A stretch of DNA of 64,000 nt from an uncultured bacterium (lineage in GTDB: Bacteria > Verrucomicrobiota > Verrucomicrobiia > Limisphaerales > UBA8199). The notes under the pieces were generated by a model. It searched no databases and was not told the origin of the DNA. It worked only from the letters and a program-made list of their open reading frames with translations. The translations under genes were made by a program, and so were the position numbers. The stretch lies in NCBI GenBank assembly GCA_963749495.1, contig CAVVMW010000018.1, forward strand, positions 320,001 through 384,000, written 5' to 3'. Below are positions 37,801-41,740 of this stretch, piece by piece; position 1 is the stretch's first letter, and the number at the start of each line of letters is the position of its first letter.

Positions 37801-40800
37801 CCCTGACAGCGTGCTCCGCGCGGACAACTATGTGGGCAAGAGCAACTGGCCGACTGACGCCACGTTTGCCGGCGGCCTCGACGAGGCCGCTGTGTTCCTC
37901 ACAGCCCTCGCCCCGGAGCAAATCGCCACACAATACTACACCGCCGTATCGCAGGGGGCCATCTTGAGCCGCGGAAACACCGGCACCAACCGCGATGCCA
38001 TCGAGCTGAACGGCGCCAATAATGTGACCATCAGCAACCTGCAGTTGGCCGGCGCCAACCAGGGGTTCTCGGCATCCAATGCCACCGGCATCACACTGGC
38101 CAAGAACGTCGCTTTCAACAACGCCACCTGCGGCTTCTATGTGGACAGCACTGTCCAGAATGCGGTCCTCACCGGCAACATCGCCTACGGCACCACGGGC
38201 GACACTAATACGGAGCAGGACACTGACTTCCATCTTCGCGGCGGGAACCTGACCGTGGATGGGAACACTGCCTACCGCATCGGTTCCCAGTTCGGGTCCG
38301 GCATCTTCATTGACGACTCGGTGAGCACGGTCACCCTGAGTCACAACCTGGTTTACAACAACAGCGACGGGGTGACGGCCTATGTGTCGCAGGCCGCTAT
38401 CTTTGGCAACGAGGTCCGCAACAATGAGCGAGGCATGCTCGTCAGCGCTTACGACAACTCGCAGCGCACCCTGATCTATCAGAACAACGTGCATGACAAC
38501 GGCACCGGCCTGGTCCTGGAGTCCAACACCGAGGCCTATGGCAACACGAGCGCCGCCAACACCGGCGCGGGCATTTACCTCGATGATCATGCTGGAGACA
38601 ACACCTGGGTCCACGGCAACTACTCGGTGAACAACGGAACAGGGATCGAAGCGGAAACGGGGCGGATTTATCAGAACCGTGTGGCTGGCAACAGCGGCGA
38701 TGGCCTCCTGCTGGACTCCGGTTCCGTTTATGCCAGTGGCAATATCGTCTATGGCAGCAGCGTCGGCATCGAAGTGGACGGTGAAGGCGCCGGTGGCACC
38801 CAGTTGGCCGACAACCTGGTCTATCAAAACGCTCATCAGGCCATTTATGTCCATGACGTGCAACGGACCGACCCCGTGAGCATCATCAATAATACCGTCG
38901 ATCACGATACGGGCAGCGCCGTCCGCATCGAGAACAATGCCGTGGCGGTGCGCCTCTACAATAACATCATCGTCATTGGCGGCGGCCTGGGCGTCGAACT
39001 CATCGGCGATGCCAACGGCTTCGACAGCGACTACAACGACATCTTCCCGGCGCATTCCGGCGCCGCGGTCGGCAAGTACCAAGACCAGAATGCCGCCAAT
39101 ACGCTGGCCGCCTGGCAGGCTGCCTCGGGTGGCGACGCCCACAGCGTTTCGGCCGACCCGCTCTTCATTGCCCCCAGCGGCGCGGATCATCTCTTGGGAT
39201 GGGCGCAGCCCGACGCCCGAAGCCACTTCGCGGATTACGGCCGGGACGACAACTTCCACCTCGGTGCGCACTCGCCGGCGATTGACTCGGCCAACAGCAA
39301 CGTGGCGCCGAGCGTTGACGCTGAAGGCAATGCCCCGTTCGACAACATGGGCGCGTTCGAATTCACCGGCTCCAGCTCGGACGTTGTCCCGCCCGTGGTC
39401 ACTGGCATCACCCCTGTGGGCGCCACCGGCAACAACCTCAGCAACGCCCGGTTCAGTTCGCTGACCATCCATTTCAGCAAACCCTTGGATCCCATCAGCG
39501 CACAAAGTCCAGCCTTGTATTCGCTGGTCGAGGCCGGCCCCGACGGCGTTTTGGGCACTGCGGATGATGTGAGCGTGGCCATCGCCGGCATCAGCTATGT
39601 GCCCGGCAGCCAGGATGTCACCTTGAGTTTTGGCAGCCAATTGCCGACGGGCCTTTATCGCTTGACCCTGATCAGCGGCCCGACCGGGGCGATTGTTGAT
39701 CTCTCCGGAAATGCCTTGGATGGTGACGGCAACGGCGTCGCCGGCGGCAATTTCGTCCGCGACTTCCGGCTCGACCTCACCGCCCCGGTCGTTGGCTCGG
39801 TCAACCCCGCGGGCTCCGTGAGCGTTGGCCCAACAAAGCTCACCGTCAGTTTCCAGGAAGACCTGCAAATGAACGCGGGCACGGTGGCGAACCCCGCCAA
39901 CTACGGCCTGATTTCTACCACTCAGGATGCCCTCGGCAACACTCAGGATGTCGATGTCTCTGCCCGAATCACCGGGGTGAGCTACGATCCGGCCAGCATG
40001 ACTGCAACGCTGACCCTGTCCGGTCCGCTCCCGGCGGGGCGCTACCGGCTCATCGTCCGCTCGACCATCACCGATCAAGCCGGCAATCCCCTCGACAACG
40101 GGGTCAATTACTCCACTTCCCTGGGCGTCGGCGCCCCTGCACTTTCGCCCATCAGCGGCCTGTCCGTTTATGCGGGCACGCCCTTGACGTTCACCGCTGC
40201 CGCCACGGATCCGAACAGCGCGGCCGCGCTCAACTTCGGTTTGGGCCTGGGCGCGCCCGGCGGCGCTAGGATGACCACCGGCGGCGTGTTCACCTGGACA
40301 CCCACCGCCGCCCAGGCCGGCTCGGACTATAACATCCGGATCCTGGTGTCCGATCATAACAATCCGGCGCTGACCGATGCCGAAACCGTCGCGATCACGG
40401 TGCTTGCCAACCCTGCGCCCGTGGTGCAATCCGTTGTCGTCAACGACGGTTCTGCGCAACGCTCCTGGATCAAGAGCCTGACACTCCAGTTCAGCGACAA
40501 CGTCTCGGCCAGTCTCAGCCTGGCCAGCCTGAGTTTGGTCAACCTGATGACCAACACGACCATCGCTGCCTCGAGCATGAACCTGAGCTATGCCACGACG
40601 AGCAACCAGGCGGTGCTGACCTTCCCGGGCCTGCCGGGCCAGAAACTGCCCGACGGCAATTATCGTCTGACGGTGTTGGCCGCCGGAGTCACCGGCCCTC
40701 ACGGCACACACTTGGCGGCCGATTACACCTTCGACTGCTTCGTCCTGACCGGTGACGTGAACGGCGACGGCAAGGTGAACGCGGATGACCTGGCGCTGGT

Positions 40801-41740
40801 GTGGGCCGAGTTGTCGAAGCCGCCGGCCGCCCGGAATCTGGACTATGATCTGAATGGCGACGGGCAGGTGACCGCGGCGGACCTGGCTGTGATCAAATCC
40901 CACTACCTGGCCACCCAGCCACTTCCGCCGGCGTTGATTTTGGCCACGACCGTCAATGATGGGCAGATGCAGCGTTCACGTGTTTTCGACATCATCCTGC
41001 AATTCAGCGAGGACGTCTCGGCCAGCCTCTCCGTCTCGGACCTGGCGTTGACCAACCTGGATACCCATGCCGCCGTCACCGGTTTCTCCGTGGCCTTCGA
41101 TGCCAGCACCTGCCAGGCGACGGTGACGTTCCCCGGCCTGTCCAATCAGCAGGTTCCCGACGGCAATTACGAGTTGGTCGTGAAGGGCGCGGGGGTGGCC
41201 AATAGCCAGGGCCAACCGATGGCCGGCGACTATCATTTGAGGTTCTTCGCCCTCACCGGCGACGTCAATGGCGACCGTGTGGTGAATAACGCGGACTTGA
41301 TGCTCATGTGGCAGCAGTTGCAGAAGCCTGCGGCTGACCGGGATCTGAACTTCGATGTGAATGGAGACGGCCAGGTCACCGCGGCGGATCTGGCGGTGGT
41401 CAAAGCCCACTACCTGGCCTCGCTGCCAGCGGCGCCCGGTTTGGGGCTGGACTTGACCCCCGGCTCTGTCCAGGCAGGCCTCGGGCCCGCCAGTCAGACG
41501 ACTTCCCAGGCGAATGGGCTCTGCCTTCGCGGGGGCGGTCTCTGGCGCGCGCCCGGCTTGAAGGCCGCGCCGCTGCCTACGATGGACGTGGCTGGTCCTC
41601 AGCCCTGCGGAGGCGGTGCCTGGACGGATGATTCCCTGGCCCCCTCGCCAATGGCTGCAGCCGAAGCCCAAGCCCCTGAGGATATTCTCGGCGGGAAGCT
41701 ATGGGTGGACTGGATTCAAAAACAAAGGCACGCTCTATGA
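7763..41740 (+). CDS. Reconstructed single giant LEPR-xLL surface protein/adhesin (~11,300 aa) interrupted by three 1-nt frameshifts
   Basis: Four consecutive + ORFs each shift by one missing base (near 10765-10768, 20688-20693 and 36101-36106). At junctions 1 and 3 the repaired text matches internal paralogous repeats. LEPRVMLSA at 7805-7831. Confidence 0.8.
10828..20739 (+). CDS. Giant protein segment 2: beta-helical stalk repeats with inserted (W/F)xxGDxVxY..IGGLxDGxTYYVI modules
   Basis: 3303 aa of GVGAxVAVN..T.AxI repeats; six inserted modules. Confidence 0.85.
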   Translation: MSGGSAGFGVVVAIAIPTDRVTATAERGIVSTGTGASTIEAITVAQTRTSSKSSVKGASANQPSGQNTSQGQTNKNSSFLQSKASSGTDTGGSAPDQSTSDGSIGVAAAIAVNISSATAKAAVLANLSTGGALTIHSSANADAIAKADASATLMPTKTVTFDPTASGVVVTDQNATDANTIKVGTNNWKNGDPVKYSVGSGGTAIGGLTDGSTYYVITVASDPTKIQLAASPADVSGNTPVTLSSGAAGTSHTLGGPDHSSGDGVGVAVAVNKADLANQAYIAGTATVTSSGLTVTADMTKRGATFDPSSKVDLTAGTIDVGNQGWETGDAVTYSAGGGTAIGGLTDGSTYFVIKTVSKTFNGGDSGVVDTSNGTIKVGSNDWKNGDAVVYDAGGQSPIGGLTDGKTYYVIANTSDPTKVKLAKTQADATASTPTPITLTGLGSGTQSLTRQADGTKIKLAASAADAQAGNAISLTSGATGTTHSLTEQVHTFSAKAIAGAGAPQVGVAGAAAINIVTDKTEAYLASGANLNANGGGLTMAATDTTSASATGTAKSEDGCKDGIGLGFALNIVPITTRAEVEDTVVLSGIKDLSLKATTSPSITTQADAGAAGSSFSLGGAVALNIGDTRTTARLGTATGTTTLKGAITLEADEKSGTITTTADGTASGKNVGIGAAVAINLSTDTASATTERSLSTSGTGASSVAASCICRTNTTTKASVKGESQKQPANKSDSQQQTDNNSNYAKSQAPAGTNTENDKSTNQQTSDGPVGVAAAISVNISDVIANAAVLANLTTGGALAVHSSVNADTLLNADGSAVLNPQSKSSSQGGSGGSSGGGSGSGSSSSSSGVGIGVAVTVNVAGVTNKAYIGPNAAVTCAGLSVTADMAPRNEVTFDPASAVSTTDNTIKVGANKFTTGDAVLYSSGGGTSIGGLTDGSTYYVIKDVAKTFDAGSSDVVDTNGGNTIKVGTNDWKTGDAVVYDDGGQQPIGGLVDGQTYYVITTSDSTKVKLAKTQADATAGTAITLNGLGSGDKQSLAHKADPTLIKLAASADDAKAGKAITLSAGATGTTHSISDQIDTLSAQSVAGAGSNNVGIAGSVAINIVSTDTEARIYSGSAGVVDNGALAIKASTVTHSTASATPSAPVSGGSVGVGASVALNIISNTVLAQINNGVSVTGTLADFTVDASAAHTVTTQTDAGSAGSDAISASVALSIVSDKTIALADTGTQSAASGLGRVQATHISAVSTIAKASAAGKSVAVGASVAVAVVHETASATLNRNLHTKGEIDILSQSSTQSTVEARGSATGSKSKDNGGKSADSTANDSVKSNPNTQQTSDLPTSSDQSSTANSQSESDSSSSSSSVNVAAAISVNVVFDNNSASIGPGSTGQPQVVQSDTGAIRVSATNISTESAKGTGLAYSFDLKNSSDNIGAALGLNYVQVTNTASVGANATLQGQGVTVEAVTPSGKANAFTAWGLSAAGGKGNVGVAGFAAINVVHVTTGASVADGDNIKSSGDMAVTARSEMGLQIIAGGGAISTGKVAVGAGVAINLITNTTTASLGNGSADATGNLSVTATGTISPLAVSIPVLGSLGVTSLPPVTSLAAGAGVTTSGSAGVAGSAVISIFNLTTSAYIAGGAQINQRLTPGATQSITIQATDTFTIDSGAGSLGVGTDGAGVGAGLDLDVLNKDTRAYIGAGAVAKAAGGITIEADSTETILSVATNVGGGSSAGIAGSASVQVITTGARAYVDDTPSGTGASLSAGGDVTITASDTFKATMIAGSIGVASSAGIGAANTTLVHSETVEAYVGQRASVSSQGTNGLSVGASSSEELITIAVAGGAAGTVGIAGSAVVNDLNETTLAFIANGATITCASSTGGTPGIALNASDDTTIVSVAGSIAVGGTAGVGVGADVGVFNKTTQARIGSNVTANTAGDIVITANSTEHVTSGAAGIDASGSASVGVNASLHVFNVKTRAFIGDDPSDNTPSAGPGHVHARGNVIVQANDESKLNAIVGVISVSGEAAVTAAGAVTVMDKTTEAFVGAGAWVTADGQSAGHDVRTGAYAPQTDTTTASYNPKTQTPQAIETSTMSGVPTDVQALQSQGDISLPTLPNLEVGSLDTNPSSTDLAVFTSGRRYGSPVMEQGFHGLAVTATNSDNIGSLTIGVAGAYVGVAVSAGVNVIKNMTRAYVGANGAINQDQSTAGPSQCVLVAAGSDFHHLAVVATLAAGAVGVSPAVNVTVLGNTTQAYLDAGSVVNANGDVQVQAHGREDLVLMGFGVAAGVVGVGGSVTVLTINNTTTASILGTASAGGDALVLATDDTGLGSVCGSLGAGLVGVGGSVGVASINKNTQAFIGDNAKVDALGAGAGWSGILDGTKTTDASGNEAFGTLAAPGVIVQAQSTETIFHLALTASGGFVGVAGAVLVTLVNSNTVAYIGSNAQINQTNSDASGTPNQGVFVGASDLVSATVAARFGTGGFVAVGAGITVGSIKNDTTATIRNGTNVRAKGNVAVNALQINDLHIYAFGGAGGFVPVEASVAVWTVGSQVEKTYTDNNNHSADAAQNQDKNGKPTADADADATQEASGSTSLVSGFLGSYGTATFSPASAADLTSSSIEVGNQGWQTGDALVYHQGGSSNTPIGGLSDGTTYYVINVPGDPTRVRLAASAADAKNGQAITLTSTGTGNNQSLDRSDYSRPPASANDGVGAAASQVAARLNSDAPSSTSLTGQINSAPTSVGSEASIAAGAAVQVGGNIQVTAANWVGLTTVVGGFSAGVFSTTAGITVLGVEANANAHADGTMQAGGDLAVNGLLDEELHLRAVSGAGGLVGVGGAVVQFTDSSAVQASLGDGAAVPAAGNVKVQATETVGPTPGPDPYDSANPIVETFVGNVSVGATGASFSTTTFNGSVTAYVGKNAQVGQTTAGPIGSLNVDATATIDANATTNAGTIGIGLAMTANFAFVTIAPTVSAQISDNAAVAATGAVLVEADGHFGVLAKVNGYDFGVFEIGASVSQATVTAAVSAQLGEDAVVSSAASGVGFGATVNNNDQRQIQAVAYSCSGGIIAGSGAEADATASPTVTSAADSGSSVSAAGSIGFVANATLDAESNAGGVGGGVVGIGASVSNSTINGATKADFGGDTLQAGTDILINAWRDGKANATSSAVTGGVLAVTVNGATGQITDEVRAYVPDGATLSAGHDLAILASSTADAHAKSGSCKVTGNLSIAASIGASEADATITPTVEGGLGADNASAGNLISVEALHNVTETSPGVYAPATDNSVTPPRNLGPMPRLMPPAAPLALR
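20775..36170 (+). CDS. Giant protein segment 3: stalk, RTX Ca-binding repeats, beta-propeller-like repeats, parallel beta-helix (NosD-like), sugar-binding-like and PA14 domains
   Basis: 5131 aa; GGxGNDxIxG nonapeptides; WAD..SGNYEIYVA repeats; N.I..N..GI repeats; GLTASYY/GLKFEYF..FRWTGQVYL (PA14); NLLTNPGFE jelly-roll. Confidence 0.85.
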   Translation: MSAHAGGDGAHLTGTSGGVSVEAAASNAAITIGDGQNIGGVAGIGAVATTSEGSGTTTAYINASTASVTGGGLKVLALGFDTASADATAASGGILAAGDAANAQATTKPTINGYIDHDATVNVAGGAAVDANSTTQANANASGSSLSLVVALGALGGGSTSAVTDSPTVTATVNKNASVTTSGGIEVLAQHDQPLDLSTRPYTDGTFTAGSTSVSTANDTITLPGPHGLSTGDRVTYLAEGNMPIGGLTDSASYSVIKYSDTALRLGVTFTGANADATTGTITFNTLHNLLNGQAVTFGIVGGSAVAGLSVGTTYYVRVLDPHTIQLFTNAAQASAAPETFDASAVNSSTGTITLPGHGFTENQAVTYYAPPAQPFTSDNVDGNANTITIQNEPFSTGDHVIYSTKSNDTVGGLSNNQDYYVIKVDDNTIQLAATADDAANDNPISISVPASEGTHFVNLVPLGGLADRHPYCVHVVDANHIQLKGTPGGKVLAIDATNVMGTQSLGLAGVHLDGSGITNTQYLYIDFTGTGSGTQQLSGAGQALSLFGQNGLSTAKASGSAGALLFADSSVQATADTTGTTVTATVDDNATMAAGTDLSLLAQSSANDLALALTSSGGLISCGSATTTLTLDQAVTTVIGDSASLSAGQDAHIDAESHFYAASDATGSGGGFVSGDSAETDANLTHDTEVDVGSKATVAAGGNLDMLATVYLGGSLGAYSEEGGFGVAPSANANYNVGSSDNRQTVQVLVGSGAVVSAEKVATLKADLCTDGNIGVAAKADAQSSLLADVDGHSTLTVTSLALVEVDSGASVTGHDQLLVWAEHEAIDNIMQGEADGGAIASHHESAELDPDTQSNIVGQAGATFASSDLVVQARVEPTAITMVQGNNPDQPFNWTPVRSIAFDSNVIALAGDPWLTVDASGNVTSAHVNYQSTGSRVIVSSLNDNNIQPVQFITNSLDPQYPAGVITGSQSTITFRQTFNKVTIINNSQKDLEIDGIDVLNHSPLSVSISVDDDSGFQFAIGYTFGTSLVQIRNQGAGTPAIYLQGPINNPIGETDISNATGDIVSAGPSAVVRTNVFHVAATAGNVGSLTTPIPVQLVQSQGRAIGLAGTAGKTLSLDLTPTARDPAVTSFNLPFDSLIAGGDLNLIFEASVTQLALGSTPVYFASVSEPLVPQITAPVFAHFPPAGNDAEPHINFDLGLFGTAGPTPQTINTAYTLSLVQAGGDINILARPQTTTITITGNTNILASGKTNVQTNGNITLTETNGDMRAGTITSTAGNVTLTAPASIVDAKNDGTTNVSGAKLTFTAISGGIGAFGDHLSIVSTLLKATAVQDVFITEVTGDLNIDTVTTSSGVTLNGAARILDADQSSTLDVSGKYAVLVSGSGVGQSNHPLQTQVLNLEGSGGTGGFWLMNQGALIIGNITSLDGLAATGPIIVTAASPITILEDVISQNAVSLTASASAQPGNDLTAPNPVKITGQSVTLTAGGNVRLSPGCLVQATGAILVQGGGTLTADYSVTFNGGTVTFVVPGDAYIGPNSLVHAGTAISFQENNLMVDTGTKILGGSLHVQSGADVTLEPGTVVRATGDITIQDENLTVSKAVTVDGGTVNLLSRTNIYAGPDSLLRAATDLEICGAVGNTHAGVGTLITIYGQLAAPLIDVKGGKNNDTIDLNLQSRVGTLNVYEYGGNDYISADADLINGGDGNDVIFGGPGANTIVCGAGQNYIDGGGGADVITSGTGDSVLIARGNAGATITAGGGNDVIYGSGGPDTIQGGSGNDRIYGGNGNDTIYGGGGNDVIVCGSGTDYVEGGNGNDLIVAGPGNDTIYAYGKNSAGDNHSTHYIYGGGNTHIYGSAGNDYLFGTGNDVIVPGGPGSWVQSGGNYVPPDTTVPPIPLAPGNATNNRASGASLPDTPNVPGCWTELSGSGSATGLSGDLGVATDPTIVAGTTGPFAAWADARSGNYEIYVAQYASGQWQELAGSADSGGVTNTASQSRRPSITLGADGEPIVAWTEFTGTSSDIRVARYDPTANGGHGGWVALGNSLSGGGISNTGAADDAVVLNTSAGPVVQWLDSSSGVTEVYAKRFSAGAWSALGTGAAGGSGISASAANVSDLAACTDGTKVAAAWSQADPSGHRQVYVKEFNGTAWNQLSGSASGTGVSASTGASQAPSVAYLGGSLFVAWQQEAGPGLLPVNICAAQYTNGAWAAAGTGALSAGGVSHSSGMATQPRLAANDGKLCLAWVDNELQSHTATSLNLYTEVWNGTSFVEEAPGDASYQGIAAASGQFRTLALTVDPSGHPFVAWDDAAAGRPCVYVRGNTFNLHRLFTAGGSTSIQSILDTQGPGQGDVIVVAPGTNSAGGLNITSKDAGVLILGAPDGSTGIQGTISVTGAAGVILQRLTIGGGINASGSDRLAVLDDTIKGAGLTLNGGANVSVAQDTFTGTTGIQFAAPASGYVGGNTIQASGTGLNISAAFNGLIFGNDISQAATGVAYAAAATLSANRIHNSTTGVNVTTADEPSGLGFVGAALANQIYSNQTGVTLAPGARMRGQHIYSNTTGVTGSGILGGDELDTANVIEGNTTGVNFNGTIQFNRIAGNGVGILATNTQIIVHNLIYQNTQDGILVDDVADVRIVSNTIDCPLGDGVHLQNGSGNVEVRDNIFWAQTGYDLYVANDSQTGFFSDYNDLYATGTGRVAYWTKDFVDILDFQADVAAFDLHSIGRTVVNPQWAEPRFYDRAGADYRVFDMVAGQRFSSPTVDSADPLTDEGLPASYTNLLTNPGFEAGVTGWNVDVGAATRSSNPAPFSGGSYFFAGQNPQGFAQQTVNLQAAGFTAAQLDGQGLVAVFGGRVRSLDETPPDQGQIKLEFLDANNAVIGTGGLSVAQNLSDRWELIGGRLQLPQGTRSLLFRFEANRMSGTDNNSFLDGAFVYVRNDTVAPDQGALGNTPAQNTNSTRTHLALRFPDLYTDWEKNSQHLILWNSYNNSSQSNVRIDLYQDDPVLGPKLLTTIAASVPDTGSYLWIPSNSGINYGTYGLRIQISLVNDKSVVDRGTETFTVPESGSTYYVNGGTTANTEYTTAVGSNRNTGKTPATPKPNPVNVLRTYDLNSGAVLDVDTGVYPLIYPLVMSARPGVGLGTDYGFLLRGPTDLSRTAEFTTAIPNNPNQVLLLLDNANLMQIRFLTLTGGQHGLYATDGTTGLVAERLTVRNNAQEGILFDNASSFTLLKDITVYGHSGYDGLSISDGAGGLIQNLVSYDNQNGLDVGNVQALSVSGARIYSNSAAGVEETGFGTATFDSLSVYGNAVGMDLHGSATITNSEVFDNVGEGIYAYFNPLTLQSSKVHGNTDGVVIGAGQITSSQIYGNTGAGIRGDYFPVTITGNTICSNQYGIFLSTLAEGTSTLSNNLIYADSDSAIHIEQTELGGFAIVNNTIYEPTANGVYASASGNIALRNNIIWTQQGYGIYISNDSQTGFSSDFNDLYATGSGKVGYWQADRATLADWHYATIQDADSMGADPLFVNPVGADAVLGAPNTQGLTASYYPNATWTGPATLTQVERQPGYQGSGQPDPSLPADNWSGAWQGFIRLEAAGDYTFYVNSLGPQQLIVNGQSLVNDASDPGVERAVTYHASSAGWVSFIYKAADTSGQINAQVQWATPYSGRAALLPGQISTASTHLNGADDNFHEQSLYGSFKPGVGFTNDSQQSPAINRGDPNDSFANEPAPNGGYINLGAYGNTTEASKKPAQYILLMNPNGGENLQQQTTYTIRWRSDGFTGNVHIQFSSSGYSGPFADIAASAANTGSYAWPIASAACPVSGQCVIRISSVANASIADTNNAPFSVLAPITKYYVNDGAYDPAKDQYTLAPGNDANDGLTPGTPKATINAILSTYNLTYGDTIFVDSGVYNLASNIVIGNAHSGVTIQGPTRAGSVALLNRGNPASGSYAFEVNAAQGVTLSNLSITGAYDGVYVDNGSSGFTLQNSAAYGNVDSGLVVADAPSANATAKDNVFYGDPSDTSGNRRQTYGIYGMGQGLTLLRNLAWSDSDTGVYVLASAYEVSGCVVRDCPRGFYLQGTDAAGNSQAHDNVAYGIDNNAFEVRGYGQVYDNQAYDSDQGFSNFDSAVIHDNSAWANRIGFNAIGGTIANNRAYGNTDGIFLSYFYSITVTGNRVYNNAVGIYAITNGANNVIANNLVYNDTQKGIYLDNVQTDNGTMTVTNNTVMESSCNALEVAGNSQNVTLENNILWAAGSGNYALVVGNLAQQGFASDYNDFYATNGAKLGSWQSDFTSLAEWRYALGLDQHSLYANPQFVSPAGPDGILGYQSSAGLKFEYFGNNNFSGSPVTTLYDRAVSFEETGGAFRGLNGPNDNQSFRWTGQVYLASVGVYTFAIDTLSAQRLTINGTVVVDDFTNPSGKEQQGTYTAAAPGWVSLKLEVVDYSGPTEAYLYWATPGNGALRLLRAEEAAVGGVVQPALRYDSAPASTGLDDDFHLSSTAGSYHGGQWLKDAVDSPLIDAGDLNSPYSLEPGANGGRTNLGFEGDTAEASHSPAQFLQLLSADGFDKFRMGSPTLITWRSVGIDSSAQIQISLSTDNGVTYTPIALTPNTGAYAWNPGAQTLTGRIRLSYTTTGGGSIQDASSNSFVVGAAGHVYYVNDASRAGDQYTTAPGSNANTGTTPADPLASLSAVFHTYPLHSGDVIYVDTGLYSEPANIVLGAAQSGVTILGPTGAGAVLNRGNSSAASYAFELENAATVTLSNLSITGAYDGIHVDSSSANLTVENSAVYGNAEYGVVVDDNASASPLIKGNLFYGDSDTAVYVRAPAYEVAGNVARDCGRGFYLDDADAPVNGKAHDNVAYGIDGNAFEVRGSGQVYNNQAYDSGRGFVVYDSAVAHDNSAWADTTGFYGVSGTIANNRAYGNTKGIWLTSYITAPVGQAVTVTGNQVYNNAIGIYSDADIGNDYITNNLVYNDTQKGIYLYDVQDDNGTMTVTNNTVMELSCNAVEVGGDSQNVTLENNILWAGGSGNFALVVGNLAQQGFASDYNDFYCTSGAKLGSWQNAFTTLADWRYELGFDWHSLYANPQFVSPAGPDGILGYQSGAGLKFEYFGNNSFSGRRRRHYTTAPWTSARVQVRSGI
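25875..26390 (+). repeat. RTX/hemolysin-type Ca2+-binding nonapeptide repeats
   Basis: GGDGNDVIF, GGGNDVIY, GGSGNDRIY, GGNGNDTIY, GGGGNDVIV, GGNGNDLIV, GPGNDTIY and others. Confidence 0.9.
32560..36730 (+). repeat. Intragenic duplication of a ~2.3 kb beta-helix + PA14 unit
   Basis: Near-identical DNA in both copies, e.g. gacgatgatttccatctgtcctcgacggcggg near 34224 and 36536; FVSPAGPDGILGYQS.AGLKFEYFGNN occurs twice. Confidence 0.9.
36131..41740 (+). CDS. Giant protein segment 4: PA14, LamG, beta-helix, Ig-like domains and two dockerin-like domains
   Basis: 1869 aa; PLAYYQFGE..ITLEAWVYP..WQFIAVT..GGLDEAAVF (LamG); DLSGNALDGDGNG; GDVNGDGKVNADDL and GDVNGDRVVNNADL. Confidence 0.87.
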   Translation: MDFGPSSGTFRDLNGPENNQSFRWTGQVYLASAGVYTFAINTLSAQRLTINGTVVVDDFTNPSKTQQQGTYAATSPGWVSLKLEVVSYSGPSEAYLYWATPGNQTLRLLRAEETAVGGVAQQVLRYSSAAMSRGLDDDFHLSSTAGSYHGGQWLSDAVDSPLIDAGDLSSPYNLEPGANGNRINLGFEGDTPQASKSHSILVQLLSFTGDQKVLQGQPSVIQWRTIGFQAGDLLTIQFSSDNGATFTTLGTPSANAGTFAWTPTVVTLLGLIRLSSPNHAGVSDVSHTTFVVGHATNAFYVNDNSLVGNQYTTALGNNANSGATPGDPMASLNAVLAVYKPGAGDTVYVDSGVYNLPTNVEITAADSGVVIVGPTSGANLGPGYQAVTLSDSPLAYYQFGEAAGSATAVDSSGHRLDATYVGGVALGSAGAVLGDKNTAASLDGSTGYVQLPAGFSNCSNGITLEAWVYPTALNSSPHLFDLGNGAASDNIVLEENGPNGGLRLQVYNGSSPGNSVTSSGGALALNQWQFIAVTIGRDGSAVIYKNGRPISSGTIEAPDSVLRADNYVGKSNWPTDATFAGGLDEAAVFLTALAPEQIATQYYTAVSQGAILSRGNTGTNRDAIELNGANNVTISNLQLAGANQGFSASNATGITLAKNVAFNNATCGFYVDSTVQNAVLTGNIAYGTTGDTNTEQDTDFHLRGGNLTVDGNTAYRIGSQFGSGIFIDDSVSTVTLSHNLVYNNSDGVTAYVSQAAIFGNEVRNNERGMLVSAYDNSQRTLIYQNNVHDNGTGLVLESNTEAYGNTSAANTGAGIYLDDHAGDNTWVHGNYSVNNGTGIEAETGRIYQNRVAGNSGDGLLLDSGSVYASGNIVYGSSVGIEVDGEGAGGTQLADNLVYQNAHQAIYVHDVQRTDPVSIINNTVDHDTGSAVRIENNAVAVRLYNNIIVIGGGLGVELIGDANGFDSDYNDIFPAHSGAAVGKYQDQNAANTLAAWQAASGGDAHSVSADPLFIAPSGADHLLGWAQPDARSHFADYGRDDNFHLGAHSPAIDSANSNVAPSVDAEGNAPFDNMGAFEFTGSSSDVVPPVVTGITPVGATGNNLSNARFSSLTIHFSKPLDPISAQSPALYSLVEAGPDGVLGTADDVSVAIAGISYVPGSQDVTLSFGSQLPTGLYRLTLISGPTGAIVDLSGNALDGDGNGVAGGNFVRDFRLDLTAPVVGSVNPAGSVSVGPTKLTVSFQEDLQMNAGTVANPANYGLISTTQDALGNTQDVDVSARITGVSYDPASMTATLTLSGPLPAGRYRLIVRSTITDQAGNPLDNGVNYSTSLGVGAPALSPISGLSVYAGTPLTFTAAATDPNSAAALNFGLGLGAPGGARMTTGGVFTWTPTAAQAGSDYNIRILVSDHNNPALTDAETVAITVLANPAPVVQSVVVNDGSAQRSWIKSLTLQFSDNVSASLSLASLSLVNLMTNTTIAASSMNLSYATTSNQAVLTFPGLPGQKLPDGNYRLTVLAAGVTGPHGTHLAADYTFDCFVLTGDVNGDGKVNADDLALVWAELSKPPAARNLDYDLNGDGQVTAADLAVIKSHYLATQPLPPALILATTVNDGQMQRSRVFDIILQFSEDVSASLSVSDLALTNLDTHAAVTGFSVAFDASTCQATVTFPGLSNQQVPDGNYELVVKGAGVANSQGQPMAGDYHLRFFALTGDVNGDRVVNNADLMLMWQQLQKPAADRDLNFDVNGDGQVTAADLAVVKAHYLASLPAAPGLGLDLTPGSVQAGLGPASQTTSQANGLCLRGGGLWRAPGLKAAPLPTMDVAGPQPCGGGAWTDDSLAPSPMAAAEAQAPEDILGGKLWVDWIQKQRHAL
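40751..41416 (+). repeat. Two dockerin-like (duplicated EF-hand) domains, 507 nt apart
   Basis: GDVNGDGKVNADDLALVW..DLNGDGQVTAADLAVIKSHYL (40751-40909) and GDVNGDRVVNNADLMLMW..DVNGDGQVTAADLAVVKAHYL (41258-41416). Confidence 0.85.

Noticed and set aside
18868..40903. Long minus-strand ORFs (18868..20616, 19995..22340, 27972..31781, 37658..40903)
   Set aside because: Shadow frames of the giant plus-strand gene with Arg/Val/Gly-rich composition and no motifs
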